Virus record (IMG/VR): IMGVR_UViG_3300036799_000025
Coordinates: 1-59,099 of that record
DNA length: 59,099 nt
Direction: 5' to 3' (one strand)
DNA from: a virus
Taxonomy: Duplodnaviria > Caudoviricetes
The position numbers and the translations under genes were made by a program. Each line of letters opens with the position of its first letter. The first letter of the stretch is position 1. The notes below the pieces were generated by a model. That model was not told where the DNA came from and ran no database searches. It saw only the letters and a list, made by a program, of their open reading frames with translations. This document shows, piece after piece, positions 8,536 through 18,829 of this stretch.

Positions 8536-8967
8536 TCATCCTGCGTGCGATGGTCGCGCCATCGGCGCAGCACGCGGCGGTCCGTCGCCGACGAGCGCAG
8601 AGGCGACCGGTGGCAGTGGCGGCGCAGCGCCTGTCACTGGTATTGCTGGCTGCGCGGCCTGCTGCGCGATCGCAGGCGGCGTGAGCGGTATATCGTCTGT
8701 GCGCGCAGGCGTTGTATCGCCTCTGAGCGGCGTCGCGTGCGCGTCAGGCTCGAAGGTGACGCGCTTGCCGATGTACTGCACGACGTCGACGCCCATCGCG
8801 ATCAGCAGCGCGACGAAGATATGATCGAGCGTCGTGAGTGCCTTCACATCGATGCGACCGAGCAGTAGGCCAACGATCGCGACGAGAATCGTCAGGCACC
8901 ACAGGCAGAGCGACAGCGCAATACGCGCATTCGTCGTCGCGAATTCAGAGAGAAAACCATTCATCAC
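8536..8967 (-). CDS. Putative holin
   Basis: Two TM helices, Met-Met start, directly upstream of the endolysin. Confidence 0.6.
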   Translation of the reverse strand: MMNGFLSEFATTNARIALSLCLWCLTILVAIVGLLLGRIDVKALTTLDHIFVALLIAMGVDVVQYIGKRVTFEPDAHATPLRGDTTPARTDDIPLTPPAIAQQAAQPAIPVTGAAPPLPPVASALVGDGPPRAAPMARPSHAG

Positions 8968-9542
8968 GTCACCTCGCCCCGTTCGCTGATGTCTTTGATG
9001 CGATCGCGCGTCATATCGAGATCTTCACGCACGCGATCGGCCGCGCGCCGCCGCTCGGTGCGTCGCTCTTCGAGCGCATCGAGTCGCTCGGTGAGTCGCT
9101 GCCTGCGATCGCTGCCGATCGAGCTGCGTCGATCGATCTGGAACGAATGATCGACGAGACTCTGCAGATCATCGAGCCACTCGCGATTTTCACGCACCGC
9201 GTCGACGATGAGCCCGAGCATTTCGTCGCCGCCTGTCATCAGGCGCAGTGTTTCCTTCTGAATGTCAGCGATCGCTGTCGTATTATCGATGACACTGTGC
9301 TCAATGCGATCGAGACTCCTGACGGCATTCGTCATCGACGCTAACTCGATGCTGAATGCCGCACGCACGATGCGCTCGATGCGCGCTGCGTAGCGGATCT
9401 CTCGCTTCTCGCGACGCACGCGCAGCCACTTGATGAGCGCTGCGACCGCACCGGAGATGATCGCGATCGAGCCGATGATCTTGCCGATGCGCTCTAGTGC
9501 GTCGAGATCCTGCTGCGTCGTCGTCGGCTGCAGCGGCGTCAC
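8964..9542 (-). CDS. Single-TM coiled-coil membrane protein (lysis-associated)
   Basis: TM IIGSIAIISGAVAALIKWL plus charged coiled coil. Confidence 0.55.
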   Translation of the reverse strand: MTPLQPTTTQQDLDALERIGKIIGSIAIISGAVAALIKWLRVRREKREIRYAARIERIVRAAFSIELASMTNAVRSLDRIEHSVIDNTTAIADIQKETLRLMTGGDEMLGLIVDAVRENREWLDDLQSLVDHSFQIDRRSSIGSDRRQRLTERLDALEERRTERRRAADRVREDLDMTRDRIKDISERGEVT

Positions 9543-9545
9543 TGG

Positions 9546-9920
9546 TCAGACCTGCTCAGTCACAGTCACGAGCAGCTTGCGATCAGGGTCGATGCGCCCG
9601 TCGTCGTCAGGAAACGTCAGCGGCACTGCGCCGCCGATGAGCGCATCGAAGCGTATCTCGTACACGCCTGCAGGCAGCGCTACGCTCTGCACGGCAGTAA
9701 AGAGATAGCTCCCACGTCCTTTCTGCGCGTCGCTGCCGTCGTCGAGCACAACGCACGGCGCAGCATTGATCACCTTCGCAGGCAAGCTGCTCTCGCGCCA
9801 CATCGTGAGCGTGACGAGCGAGCCAGGCCCGAGCTGCTGCGGCTTCTGATCCTGGCCGCGCAGGCGAAAGTACATCGTCTTTGCATTGCCTTGCCTGAGC
9901 GTAAAGCGTCTGAGATTCAT
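9546..9920 (-). CDS. BppU-N-like tail/baseplate accessory protein
   Basis: FTLRQG..KGRGSYLFT..AGVYEIRF..LTFP. Confidence 0.65.
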   Translation of the reverse strand: MNLRRFTLRQGNAKTMYFRLRGQDQKPQQLGPGSLVTLTMWRESSLPAKVINAAPCVVLDDGSDAQKGRGSYLFTAVQSVALPAGVYEIRFDALIGGAVPLTFPDDDGRIDPDRKLLVTVTEQV

Positions 9921-9927
9921 CTCTTCT

Positions 9928-10998
9928 CTATACCTCGGCTAGCTCGACGTCGAGCGCGAAGCTGCTCTCGATCGCTGCATCGTCTGCTGCATCAGGCTCG
10001 ATCTCAGCAGACGTCGTATTGGGCTCGATCTCGACATTGTACGGCGGCAGCTCGATATGCACGCCGAAGGCGCTATACGCACTGCTCGTCGCGCGCGCGA
10101 CGTACCCTAGAATCTCGGTAGGCGACAGCGCTTGCGCCACTAGGCCGCGCAAGATGGCGTAATCGCTCACCGCGAGTGCGGCGCTGACGCGCACGAGCTG
10201 CTCGTACGCAGACGTCGAGACAGCAGTGAGCTGCCCGATCGACGACCACGGCGCGTCTGTGCTCTGCGTCACGGCGCGGAGCGCTTCGTACGCGTCGACG
10301 AGCGCGCGTGTGAGCCCGAGAAGCCGCTCTGTCTCGCTGCTGCTCGTCGCGCTGAGACTCACGAGCGACTCGTACGCAGCGTCAGTGCTCTGTGCTGCGC
10401 GCGTGAGTGATTCGTACGGCGTCGACGCAGACTGCGCGACAGGAAAGAGCGGCACGCCTGCAGCGCTCCATGCCTCGATCTCTGACTGCGAGACGCTGAG
10501 CAAACTCTCATAGGCGTCGATGAGCGCCTTCGCGAGTGTCGCGAGCAGCTCGTACGGCGACGTCGCCGTGACGCTCAGGCCTGCGAGGCTCTCGTACGCA
10601 GCGAGCGCGCTCTGCGCGAGGCTCAGCGTCGTCTCATAGCTCGCGCTCGACGTCGCGCTCAGTGAGAGAATGCTCTCGTACGCGTCGACGAGACTCCTGC
10701 TGATCGCGCCAAGCAGCGCGTACGGCGTTGCGGCGCTCTGTGCAATGCCTGCGAGCGACTCAGTCGGCTGCTGCGCTGTCTTTGAGAGCCCGAGCTGTGC
10801 TTCGTACGAGTCGCTCGCGCTGACGAGCAGTGCGTACAGCGACTCGGTCGCACTCGTGATCGACTGCGAGACCGCGCTCAGCGACTCGTGCGCGCTCGAT
10901 GCGCTTTGCTGTACGCTCGCGAGCGACTCCCACGCAGACACTGAGGCGGCTGACGAGACAGGCGTCGTCGCGTCTTGCCACAGGACTGCGACCGGCAC
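9928..10998 (-). CDS. Fibre-like protein with about 20 14-aa repeats
   Basis: Periodic (Y/T/W)ESLxxxxxSxxxx units. Confidence 0.65.
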   Translation of the reverse strand: MPVAVLWQDATTPVSSAASVSAWESLASVQQSASSAHESLSAVSQSITSATESLYALLVSASDSYEAQLGLSKTAQQPTESLAGIAQSAATPYALLGAISRSLVDAYESILSLSATSSASYETTLSLAQSALAAYESLAGLSVTATSPYELLATLAKALIDAYESLLSVSQSEIEAWSAAGVPLFPVAQSASTPYESLTRAAQSTDAAYESLVSLSATSSSETERLLGLTRALVDAYEALRAVTQSTDAPWSSIGQLTAVSTSAYEQLVRVSAALAVSDYAILRGLVAQALSPTEILGYVARATSSAYSAFGVHIELPPYNVEIEPNTTSAEIEPDAADDAAIESSFALDVELAEV

Positions 10999-11001
10999 GC
11001 A

Positions 11002-11280
11002 CTACCTGCCTTGCCGCATCGAGAGCGTCAGCGCCTGCTCGATCTGATCCTCTCGCGCACGCGTCACGCGCCGCGCAGTCAGCACCTTCTGCAGCTCTGC
11101 CTTCGTGTGCCGCTCGTCGTGCACGTCGCCGAAGCCGCCGCACCACGAGCCGATCGCTGCAGGGCAGACAGGACACTTCCTGCGCAGCGCGAGCGGGTCA
11201 CTCTCGTGCGGCTCGTAATACTCAGCCGCGCGCCCTTTCGCTGCCTTGCGCACGAGCACGCGCTTCGATGGCTTCGCCAT
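11002..11280 (-). CDS. Small Zn-finger protein
   Basis: CPVCPAAIGSWC..H..R. Confidence 0.55.
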   Translation of the reverse strand: MAKPSKRVLVRKAAKGRAAEYYEPHESDPLALRRKCPVCPAAIGSWCGGFGDVHDERHTKAELQKVLTARRVTRAREDQIEQALTLSMRQGR

Positions 11281-12179
11281 TAGTACTCTTCCCAACTCGC
11301 GTATGAAGTGAGCAGACGCGTATCTGACGTCGAGCCAGCGTCAGCTTGTCTGAGCACGATGCCCTGGCCTGCACGCAGCACCATGTAGTCATCGTCGTCT
11401 GTCGCGTCGTACAAGTACTGATCGACAGGAACCGCAATACCGACGGCGGTCAGCACAGCAGGCACCGTGAAGTCTCCGATCGCTGCGCCTGCTGTGATCG
11501 TGAGACTCGTCGACGCCGTGAAGACCTTGCAGGTCGGCGTCGCATCAGTCGAGTCGCGCTTCGCTGGCGTGATCGTCGCGCCTGTGCCAGTACCAACGAA
11601 CGTCATCAGCTCGATCGTCACGCGCGGCGACGTGACGAAGGCTGACGCGGCAGTCGGCACGGACGTCGCCATCCATTTCTTGAGTCGTGCGATGACAGTC
11701 GAGCCGACAGGATTGACGAGCCAGAGAAACCCCGCCGTCGAGCCGTGCGCGCTCGCGAGAATCGTCAGGCGTCCTGCATCGAATTTGTAGCCGCCGAGCA
11801 GCTTGCGTCGCTCAGTGACGATGCGCAGCCGACCATACTCGTCTGCCATCAGCGGAATGCGATCACCTGTCGACTCAGCCGTTGGCAGCGCGGCAGACTG
11901 CAGCAGCACCTTCGCGCCAACCTTCAGTGAGCCGCCTGAGTCGACTGCGCCGTCTGCAGGTGCGTTGAGCGGGTTGCCGTCTGCGCCGTACAGCAGCGGT
12001 CGCGTGACGAGCCCGTACAGCGCAGTCGTCGGCGCAGCATTCTTGACGTCTGCTAACTCTGCTGCTGCGAGCCCGCCGAGCTGAATCGTCTCGCGCAGCT
12101 CTGTGCCTGCGCCGCCGACGTCTTCAGCGCCGACCGGCTTCGTGCCGGTATTCGAGACGAGAATCGACGTACGCGACAC
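11280..12179 (-). CDS. Minor tail/virion protein
   Basis: Beta-rich, A/T/G-rich, in the tail module. Confidence 0.55.
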   Translation of the reverse strand: MSRTSILVSNTGTKPVGAEDVGGAGTELRETIQLGGLAAAELADVKNAAPTTALYGLVTRPLLYGADGNPLNAPADGAVDSGGSLKVGAKVLLQSAALPTAESTGDRIPLMADEYGRLRIVTERRKLLGGYKFDAGRLTILASAHGSTAGFLWLVNPVGSTVIARLKKWMATSVPTAASAFVTSPRVTIELMTFVGTGTGATITPAKRDSTDATPTCKVFTASTSLTITAGAAIGDFTVPAVLTAVGIAVPVDQYLYDATDDDDYMVLRAGQGIVLRQADAGSTSDTRLLTSYASWEEY

Positions 12180-12182
12180 GTG

Positions 12183-12656
12183 CTAGCTCCTAGCAGCTCG
12201 TGCAGCAGCGCGCGGTCGATCGCTCACATTGAACCGCGCAGGACGCAGCGTGCCTTCGTTCCCACACTTCGGGCAGATGTACTCAAGCAGCGAGCCGTCG
12301 AGCGGATGCTCTGCCTGCTCGATCAGCTCTGTGAGATCGAAGCCGCACTGATCGAGATCGCCCGTCGACGGGTTGCGCACGCCGCGATTGTGAAAGCGCA
12401 CGCTCATCGCCGCGTCGATGCGCCCCTGCTTGAACAATTTCGCCGCATGGTCGCGATGCTCCTGCGCGAGCGGCCCGCGACAGATCAGCTTCTGCCTGCG
12501 CAGAAAGCGCAGCGCGTTCTCGTACGTGATTGGCGCTTCGAGATTCTCAGGCACTTCGTCGTCGTGCATCACGCGCGCGTCGCGCGCCGTCGCTTGCTGC
12601 TCGCGCACGCGCTTCGCTGTATTGCGCGTGCTGTGCGTCGATCGTCGTGAAGCCAT
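12183..12656 (-). CDS. Hypothetical Zn-ribbon protein
   Basis: CGFDL...YICPKCGN. Confidence 0.55.
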   Translation of the reverse strand: MASRRSTHSTRNTAKRVREQQATARDARVMHDDEVPENLEAPITYENALRFLRRQKLICRGPLAQEHRDHAAKLFKQGRIDAAMSVRFHNRGVRNPSTGDLDQCGFDLTELIEQAEHPLDGSLLEYICPKCGNEGTLRPARFNVSDRPRAAARAARS

Positions 12657-12671
12657 TGTCAGACCCTCTGC

Positions 12672-13409
12672 TTAGGTTGACTGCCCGCTGAGCTGCGTCG
12701 TGTACGTCGACGTCTGTGCGACGTCATTGATCGCGAGCGTCTGCTCAATCCAGACGCCGATCGCGCTGCCTGCTGCGATGCCACCGCTCGGCATCGTCGG
12801 CGCGACGCCATCGTCGACGAAGGTGATACCTGCAGGCGACGTCAGGCGATTCGCGACGCTCACCGTGTCGCCGTAGGCAGTCGCGACACCGATGCGGATC
12901 TTCACAGCAGGATCTGCAGTCAGCAGCACGCTCGGCGAGAGCAGCGTCAGCGCGCCGTCGCCGTTGCGCCAGAAGTCTTTCTCGTAACGGATCTTCTGCG
13001 ACGCAGCGCTCGCTGAGTTTCTGAAGCGGATATGACGCGTCGTCTCGTTTGGCGTGATCGTGCCGATCGTCGTGCCGCCTGTGCCTTGCTTCAGCGTCAC
13101 CGTGCGCGCGACGTCTGTTGCACTGAGCGCGACGCGCTCGATACGGCTCATCGTCGCTGTCGAGAGCTTCTCGACTGCACTCGTCAAGACGATGACTTCT
13201 TGTAGCAGTGCGCCGGTCGCGTCACGATAGTCGACTGTTGCACTGCGCACGTCTGAGCCGTCGCTCGTGAGTGAGAGCTTCGCCGCTGCCGTAAACTGCG
13301 TCAGCTCAGGGCGTGACGTCACAGCGATCGCACCGCCTGTCGTCGAGATGTCATCTGTCGGCTCACTCGCCGACGAGAACCGCACGAGCGACGCTGCTGC
13401 GATTGCCAT
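12672..13409 (-). CDS. Minor tail protein
   Basis: S/T-rich beta protein ending IAAGSAIGVWIEQT. Confidence 0.6.
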   Translation of the reverse strand: MAIAAASLVRFSSASEPTDDISTTGGAIAVTSRPELTQFTAAAKLSLTSDGSDVRSATVDYRDATGALLQEVIVLTSAVEKLSTATMSRIERVALSATDVARTVTLKQGTGGTTIGTITPNETTRHIRFRNSASAASQKIRYEKDFWRNGDGALTLLSPSVLLTADPAVKIRIGVATAYGDTVSVANRLTSPAGITFVDDGVAPTMPSGGIAAGSAIGVWIEQTLAINDVAQTSTYTTQLSGQST

Positions 13410-13413
13410 AGAC

Positions 13414-13779
13414 TTATCTCTCTCGGAGGGTGATCTGTGCTATGCGCTTGAACCCGAGCGCGTCGCCTTCGTCATCGACATACGACAGCTCATCAATCGT
13501 CACGAGACAGTCGACGCCACCGGCAGGCAGCGCGTCGCCTGTGCAGTGCAGTGAGGCGCTACCGTACGCTGCGGTAAGTAAGGCGGCTGCGTCGGTTTCC
13601 GCCAGTGGTGCGCTAACGAAGGTCCACTCGCGTTTGCGCGGCAGGCCCTGACGACGCAGCGCGCCACTGTAGGTCGAGATCCCCTCAGTCGCTGCGCGCC
13701 GGTCCTGACGTGTGCGCTCGCTCGCGCCGGACGTCTGAATATCAAAGACGCTCACAGCGCCGATCTGCAGGAAAGGCAT
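13414..13779 (-). CDS. Distal tail (Dit)-like protein
   Basis: SGALRRQ..KREWTF..ITLRE pattern. Confidence 0.5.
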   Translation of the reverse strand: MPFLQIGAVSVFDIQTSGASERTRQDRRAATEGISTYSGALRRQGLPRKREWTFVSAPLAETDAAALLTAAYGSASLHCTGDALPAGGVDCLVTIDELSYVDDEGDALGFKRIAQITLRER

Positions 13780-15686
13780 TAGCCGAAGCCCTCGAAGTGA
13801 TACGTCTTTGTCACGACCGCGCTCTGCGCGATGTGTGCGCCGAAGCTATCGAAGGCTTCGACGTAGACCTGCATCTCTGCATTTTGTGTCCCGAGCCCGG
13901 TGATGACCTGACCGTGCTCAGAGTGCGCGATCGTGTCGCTGACTGACGTCGTGAAGCCGTGCGTGCTCCAGCCGCCGCCTGACGTGAAGCGCCAGTACAT
14001 CTTGTACTGCACGCCGCTCGGCATCGAGTGCACGCCGCTCCAGTCGACGTCAAAGTCATTCGTCGGGTCATCGATCACTGAGACAGAAGGATCATCGATC
14101 GTCGGCGACGGGAACGACGTCCCCTCAGGGATCGGCACCTGCAGCAGTGCGCTCGATAGCACGTCATTGCCGACGAGAAAGCCGACGGTGCCATCGCCTG
14201 CGCCAGGATTCGGTCGCGCGAAAGTCCACTGTGAGCCATTCGCGACGAAGACCATCTGCAGCGCGCCTGAGATGCGTGACACGATCGGGTTGAGTGTCGT
14301 CCACGCCCAGGCGACGAGCGGCAGCGTCGAGCTGCCTTCGATCGTGCCGCTGATCGCGAGCGTGATCGACGTCGCATCGATCGCGACGATATCGTACGTC
14401 GGGTGCACCGTGATCGGCGCGCCGCCTGTGCCGCTCAAGAGCCCGAGCCAGCCACGGTACGCGCCTGCAGGTGCGCCCTTGCAGCGCATTGTCGTATAAG
14501 CGACGCCGCCGGTCTCGATCGTGTGCGTATAACTCACGATCGCGAGATCCTGATCTTGATCATACAGCGTGCTGTTGCTGAGAAAGCGAACAAGATCACC
14601 GAGCGTGAGCGGCCAGAATAAGAAGGTGCGCATCTCGTGCTCGAACGGCGGCGAGCCGAGATCGCTGACCGCGCTATCGCCTAACGTCGTCGCTTCTGTC
14701 GCGGTATCGATCTGCGAGTGATCCTTAATCGTGATCTTGCCCCAACGACGACCGAACGCGTTTATGCTCGCGGCATTCGTGCGCGTGATCTGCTGTCGCG
14801 AGCCTGCGGCGCTGTCAGGATAGTCGACGGTGATCGCGTTGCGCACGTCGCTGTCATCGATCGGTGCCGTCGTGATCTCGATATACTCATCAGGGCCGAA
14901 TTGCCAGTCAGGCACTGTCTTCGCGCGATCAGGCACGATGTAGAGCAGCTCAGGATCGGTGTCGCCGTCGTCGCGAAAGAGATAGCGAATATCGCCGCCT
15001 TGCAGCAGCGCGAGCGCATAGATCGCGTCCATGACGCTCGACTGATCGTCTTGATCGAAGGCACCGAGATTAAAGTCAGGCGACGTCGGCACGACGAGCG
15101 TCGCGCCAAACGGCACGGCATTGTCGTCGATGATCTGCTGCACGACTGTCTCGACCGGCGTGCCTGCGCCTGCGTCACTGCCGTACGGGCGCTTCGACTC
15201 AATCCACGTATTCAAGAGCCACGCAGCACGATCGCGCGCGCGCACGGTGATCGTGTTGTCAGGTGACGTCGCAGGGTCGACGCTGTCGATCTTGCCGTCG
15301 AAAATGCGCTTCCACGTGCTGTGCGTGAGCGGCGCGTCGCCATACGCTTCGATATCGACGAGCACGCGAATCTTGCGCGCCGGATTGATCAGCGGCGCGT
15401 ACGTCGTATCAGCTTTGTGATTCGCAGGCGATGCGACGATCTGCGGCGCGAGGCTCATTGCGCCGACGTCGGCGTCGATCGTCTCGCGCACGAGCACGAG
15501 CGACAGCGTCGCTGCGCGATCGTCGATCGTGCTGCCTATCTCTGCGCTGACAAACCAGTCGACGCCATGAAACGCGGTGAGATCGCGCCAGACGTTGTCT
15601 GCGTCGAGTATGAGTACGCGCGCATAGGCTGAGAGATCGCCGCCGAGGCGTGCGCGCTCTGTGCTGTCAGTGACTGTGCGCGTCAC
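13779..15686 (-). CDS. Tail tip/baseplate hub protein with C-terminal Ig/FnIII-like domains
   Basis: IFDGKIDSV..ITVRARD; DDSDVRNAITV; SINAFGRR; LTLGDLV; follows the tape measure gene. Confidence 0.7.
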   Translation of the reverse strand: MTRTVTDSTERARLGGDLSAYARVLILDADNVWRDLTAFHGVDWFVSAEIGSTIDDRAATLSLVLVRETIDADVGAMSLAPQIVASPANHKADTTYAPLINPARKIRVLVDIEAYGDAPLTHSTWKRIFDGKIDSVDPATSPDNTITVRARDRAAWLLNTWIESKRPYGSDAGAGTPVETVVQQIIDDNAVPFGATLVVPTSPDFNLGAFDQDDQSSVMDAIYALALLQGGDIRYLFRDDGDTDPELLYIVPDRAKTVPDWQFGPDEYIEITTAPIDDSDVRNAITVDYPDSAAGSRQQITRTNAASINAFGRRWGKITIKDHSQIDTATEATTLGDSAVSDLGSPPFEHEMRTFLFWPLTLGDLVRFLSNSTLYDQDQDLAIVSYTHTIETGGVAYTTMRCKGAPAGAYRGWLGLLSGTGGAPITVHPTYDIVAIDATSITLAISGTIEGSSTLPLVAWAWTTLNPIVSRISGALQMVFVANGSQWTFARPNPGAGDGTVGFLVGNDVLSSALLQVPIPEGTSFPSPTIDDPSVSVIDDPTNDFDVDWSGVHSMPSGVQYKMYWRFTSGGGWSTHGFTTSVSDTIAHSEHGQVITGLGTQNAEMQVYVEAFDSFGAHIAQSAVVTKTYHFEGFG

Positions 15687-15691
15687 GCTGC

Positions 15692-18148
15692 TTAGCCGAT
15701 GACGCTCGCTGCGTCAGCCGTCGTGCCGGTGCGCGCCATCGCCGTCTGTCGCGCTGCGCGTGAGACTTCGTCGAGAAGCTGCGCGCCGCTCTTCGTCGAG
15801 CCGACGATGACGATCGAGCCAGGCGCGAAGTAATTCGACGCACCTGAGCCTGCGCTGCTATTCGGTCCTGCGCCGACATCAGCGGCATTGACAGGCCGCG
15901 ACGCAAGGAAGATCGCGCGCTGTATGCGAAAGCCTTGCGGGATATTGCTCAGCGCATCAGCGGCGTTCTGCGCTGCGCCTTGCAGGTTATCGAGCGCCTG
16001 TGCGGTGTCGTCCCAACTCATGTTTTCGAGCTGCTTACGCGCCTGCGCGAATTGATCGGCTGCTGCCTTCTGGCCTGCAGCGAAGTTCAGAATACTCTGA
16101 CCGAAATTCGCGATCGCGTGACCGACGCCGCCAAGGCCAGGGATGCGCGCAATCAGGTTGCCGATTGCTTTGATCAGACCACCGACAGCCTGCGCGATCG
16201 CAGCAGCAATACGCGCCATAACTTCGCCGACGAGCGTCGCCGCGACACCGAACGCGCGAAGGATCGGGTAGAGCGCGCGGAAGATTGGCAAGAGCGACGC
16301 GACGAGAACCTGCGCGACGATCGCGATCGGTACGGCGAGTCGATCGAAGAGCGGCGTGAGTGTCCTGATCGCAGGCTCCATCGCGCGCATGAGAATCGCG
16401 ATCGGCCCGAAGCTCGTCATCAGCGTCGCGCTCAACGTGTTGCCGAAGCCGGTCAGTGTGTCGCTGATGCGATCTTTGATCGTCTGCATGATCACCTGCG
16501 TCTGCGTGATCGCGCCGCCTGCCGGTGCGACTGAGAGCGGCGCGCCGCCGAAGCCCATCGTCGGCTGTATCGAGCCCGTCGCGAGCGCCTTCGCGAGCAC
16601 TTCGCGAATGCGTTCCGCTTCCTGAATTGGCACGTTCGCTGCGAATTCTGCTGCGCCAATTCCAGGCGGCAGTGAGAGTCCTTGCGGGATCGTTGGCGTC
16701 TGCGCGACAGCGCCTGCTGAAGGGATGCGCCCGAGGCGTAGCATCTCGACGAGTGGTGACTTTTCGAGCGTTGCCTGCGCGCGCAGCAAGCCTTCGACGA
16801 GCGGGTCGAAGGCCGTCTTCCCTTCGTCGTGCAGCTTTCTGAGCTGCTTCGTGACCTTGTCGTACGCATCGAGCACGGCCTGCGCGAGCGGCACAGTCGC
16901 CTGATGCTGCTTGTTGAGCAGATCATAAATACTGAGCAGGCGCTCGGCTTCGTTCGCAACGTCCTTCGGCAGCTTCGTGTCTTGCCAGATGCGCAGGATA
17001 TTGCCTGCGATCTCTGCGGTATGACGCTGCACGTCCTCGAAGGTTGCACCAGCCTCAGTATTGAATTGGACTTGCTGCTTCATGAGCGCATTGACTTCTT
17101 GCAGCTTCTGATCGAGCGGCGTCATCGTGCGCACCACTTGCGCCATGCTGCCGCCTGCACCTGTACCGAGACTGCCGAAGGCGCTCTGAATATCCTTCGC
17201 TGAGTCGACGACGCGCGCGCCCTGCGCGATGAGCTGCGCCTGCTCTTTCTGCAGACCGATCAGGCCATTGCGCCGCGCATTGAATGCTTCGGCTGTCTCG
17301 TCAGCGGGAACCTGCTGCCCGGTGAGCATGTTGGTCCCGACGCCGCGTCGTGCGAACGGGTCGCCTGAGAAGGCAAACTGCTTTTGTTGCGCTGCGCGCA
17401 TGATGTCATACGAGCGCGCAATATCGATCGCGGTCTCTTGAAACTTGCGCCGCGCAGCTTCTGCCGCTTTCTCCTGACGCTGAAAGGCTTCGACGATGAC
17501 GTCCGTCGCGGCGAGCAGGCCTGCGACGATGAGCCCTGCAGGCGGGTCGAATGTGACGGCTGCCATGATGCCCATCGAGCGCAGCACGCGACGCCATGCG
17601 CCTTCGCCAGCAGCAGCGCCGCGCGTCATCGCGTCGAAGGCAAAGAGCACGCCGACGCTCACGCTCGCCATGCGTCGACTGAGTCCTGCACCGGCCTGCG
17701 CGACTTGCTCAGTCTCGCGCGTGACAGCGGCTGCGTCGAGAAACTGCCCGCCCTGCCCCGGCTTCAGCACGCCTTGCGTCGTGAGCGAGCGCAGGCCGGT
17801 CTGTAGACCAGTCGCGTACGCATTCGCTGCCTTGCGCCCTGCGAGTGCAGCCGCCTGATCGCTCATCAGGCCGACGCTGACAGCCTGCTCGATCTCTGCC
17901 TTACGATTCTCGAAGCTCACGGTGAGCTGACGCACGAGCTGATTGACTGCGCTCGCCGCATTCTTCGTGATCACCTGCCCGCCTGAGCGCACGCGCAGGC
18001 CGCTCTCGACTGCGCCAGAGATCTTGTCTGCGATCTGTAGTGCGTTGTCTGAGAAGCGCGTCATCTCAGCCGTCGTGCGCGCGAGCCCGCTCGACACCGC
18101 TGAGGCATCGACGCCCATTTTCACATACAGCTCGCGAATCGTTGCCAC
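15692..18148 (-). CDS. Tape measure protein
   Basis: MATIRELYVKMGVD start, long A/G-rich helical protein after the chaperone genes. Confidence 0.9.
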   Translation of the reverse strand: MATIRELYVKMGVDASAVSSGLARTTAEMTRFSDNALQIADKISGAVESGLRVRSGGQVITKNAASAVNQLVRQLTVSFENRKAEIEQAVSVGLMSDQAAALAGRKAANAYATGLQTGLRSLTTQGVLKPGQGGQFLDAAAVTRETEQVAQAGAGLSRRMASVSVGVLFAFDAMTRGAAAGEGAWRRVLRSMGIMAAVTFDPPAGLIVAGLLAATDVIVEAFQRQEKAAEAARRKFQETAIDIARSYDIMRAAQQKQFAFSGDPFARRGVGTNMLTGQQVPADETAEAFNARRNGLIGLQKEQAQLIAQGARVVDSAKDIQSAFGSLGTGAGGSMAQVVRTMTPLDQKLQEVNALMKQQVQFNTEAGATFEDVQRHTAEIAGNILRIWQDTKLPKDVANEAERLLSIYDLLNKQHQATVPLAQAVLDAYDKVTKQLRKLHDEGKTAFDPLVEGLLRAQATLEKSPLVEMLRLGRIPSAGAVAQTPTIPQGLSLPPGIGAAEFAANVPIQEAERIREVLAKALATGSIQPTMGFGGAPLSVAPAGGAITQTQVIMQTIKDRISDTLTGFGNTLSATLMTSFGPIAILMRAMEPAIRTLTPLFDRLAVPIAIVAQVLVASLLPIFRALYPILRAFGVAATLVGEVMARIAAAIAQAVGGLIKAIGNLIARIPGLGGVGHAIANFGQSILNFAAGQKAAADQFAQARKQLENMSWDDTAQALDNLQGAAQNAADALSNIPQGFRIQRAIFLASRPVNAADVGAGPNSSAGSGASNYFAPGSIVIVGSTKSGAQLLDEVSRAARQTAMARTGTTADAASVIG

Positions 18149-18170
18149 GCTTCAGCTCCTGATCACTGCG

Positions 18171-18443
18171 CTATCGATGACGATGCCACGTTGGTGCTCG
18201 TGTGCGCGGGTTCTCGCGCTCTGCTGCTGCTTGTCGCTCATCTTGCTGTCGTCGCGCTTCGTACTCGTCGTGCTGCAGACCGAATTCTGCGATTAGCTCT
18301 GCAATCTGCTGCGACCCCGCAGCGGCGACGCCGTCGGCTGCCTGCTGATCGATGCGCCTGAGTAACTCGTCAGGCAGGCAGCCTACTTTCTCCACGGCGA
18401 GCCAGATCAGGAAGCGTCTGAGGGGTCGCTCTCTGAGTTTCCC
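18171..18443 (-). CDS. Tail assembly chaperone gpGT extension (-1 frameshift product)
   Basis: -1 frame open from the slippery site: GKLRERPLRRFLIWLAVEKVGCLPDELL. Confidence 0.75.
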   Translation of the reverse strand, partial: GKLRERPLRRFLIWLAVEKVGCLPDELLRRIDQQAADGVAAAGSQQIAELIAEFGLQHDEYEARRQQDERQAAAERENPRTRAPTWHRHR

Positions 18444-18829
18444 TTGAGATCCTCAATATCTTCCTTCGTGATCTTCGCGAGATGACAGGCGACTTCGTAC
18501 ACACGATCGAGTGCTGCTGCGCTCTTCTTGCCGAGCCGCTCGACGTCGCGCAGCGTGAAGAGTAGCTCGCCGTTTTTGTCGACCATCGTGCGCGAGGCGA
18601 GCTTCGCTCTGACGTTGCTCATATCGACGCGCGTTGTCTTGCCGACGCCAGAGAGCAGTGACTGCTCGTACGCATCGCGCTCAGTGCCGGAGAGCGCCTT
18701 CACGCGGACAGTCCCGCCCCATTCCGGCACGTCGACGTCTTTGTGCTGCTGATCCTGCGCGTTGAGAATCTCATCGCGCCCGAGTAGTGCGCCGTTGCTG
18801 CTCGCGTGCTGTGCTGCGGTGCTTTCCAT
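18407..18829 (-). CDS. Tail assembly chaperone (gpG-like)
   Basis: VDVPEWGGTVRVKALSGTERDAYE. Confidence 0.85.
   Translation of the reverse strand: MESTAAQHASSNGALLGRDEILNAQDQQHKDVDVPEWGGTVRVKALSGTERDAYEQSLLSGVGKTTRVDMSNVRAKLASRTMVDKNGELLFTLRDVERLGKKSAAALDRVYEVACHLAKITKEDIEDLKGNSESDPSDAS
18437..18443 (-). other. Programmed -1 frameshift slippery site G GGA AAC
   Basis: XXXYYYZ near the end of the chaperone gene, as in lambda G/T. Confidence 0.8.

Noticed and set aside
9928-15686. Diversity-generating retroelement or invertible tail-fibre cassette
   Set aside because: No reverse transcriptase or invertase, and no template/variable repeat pair seen
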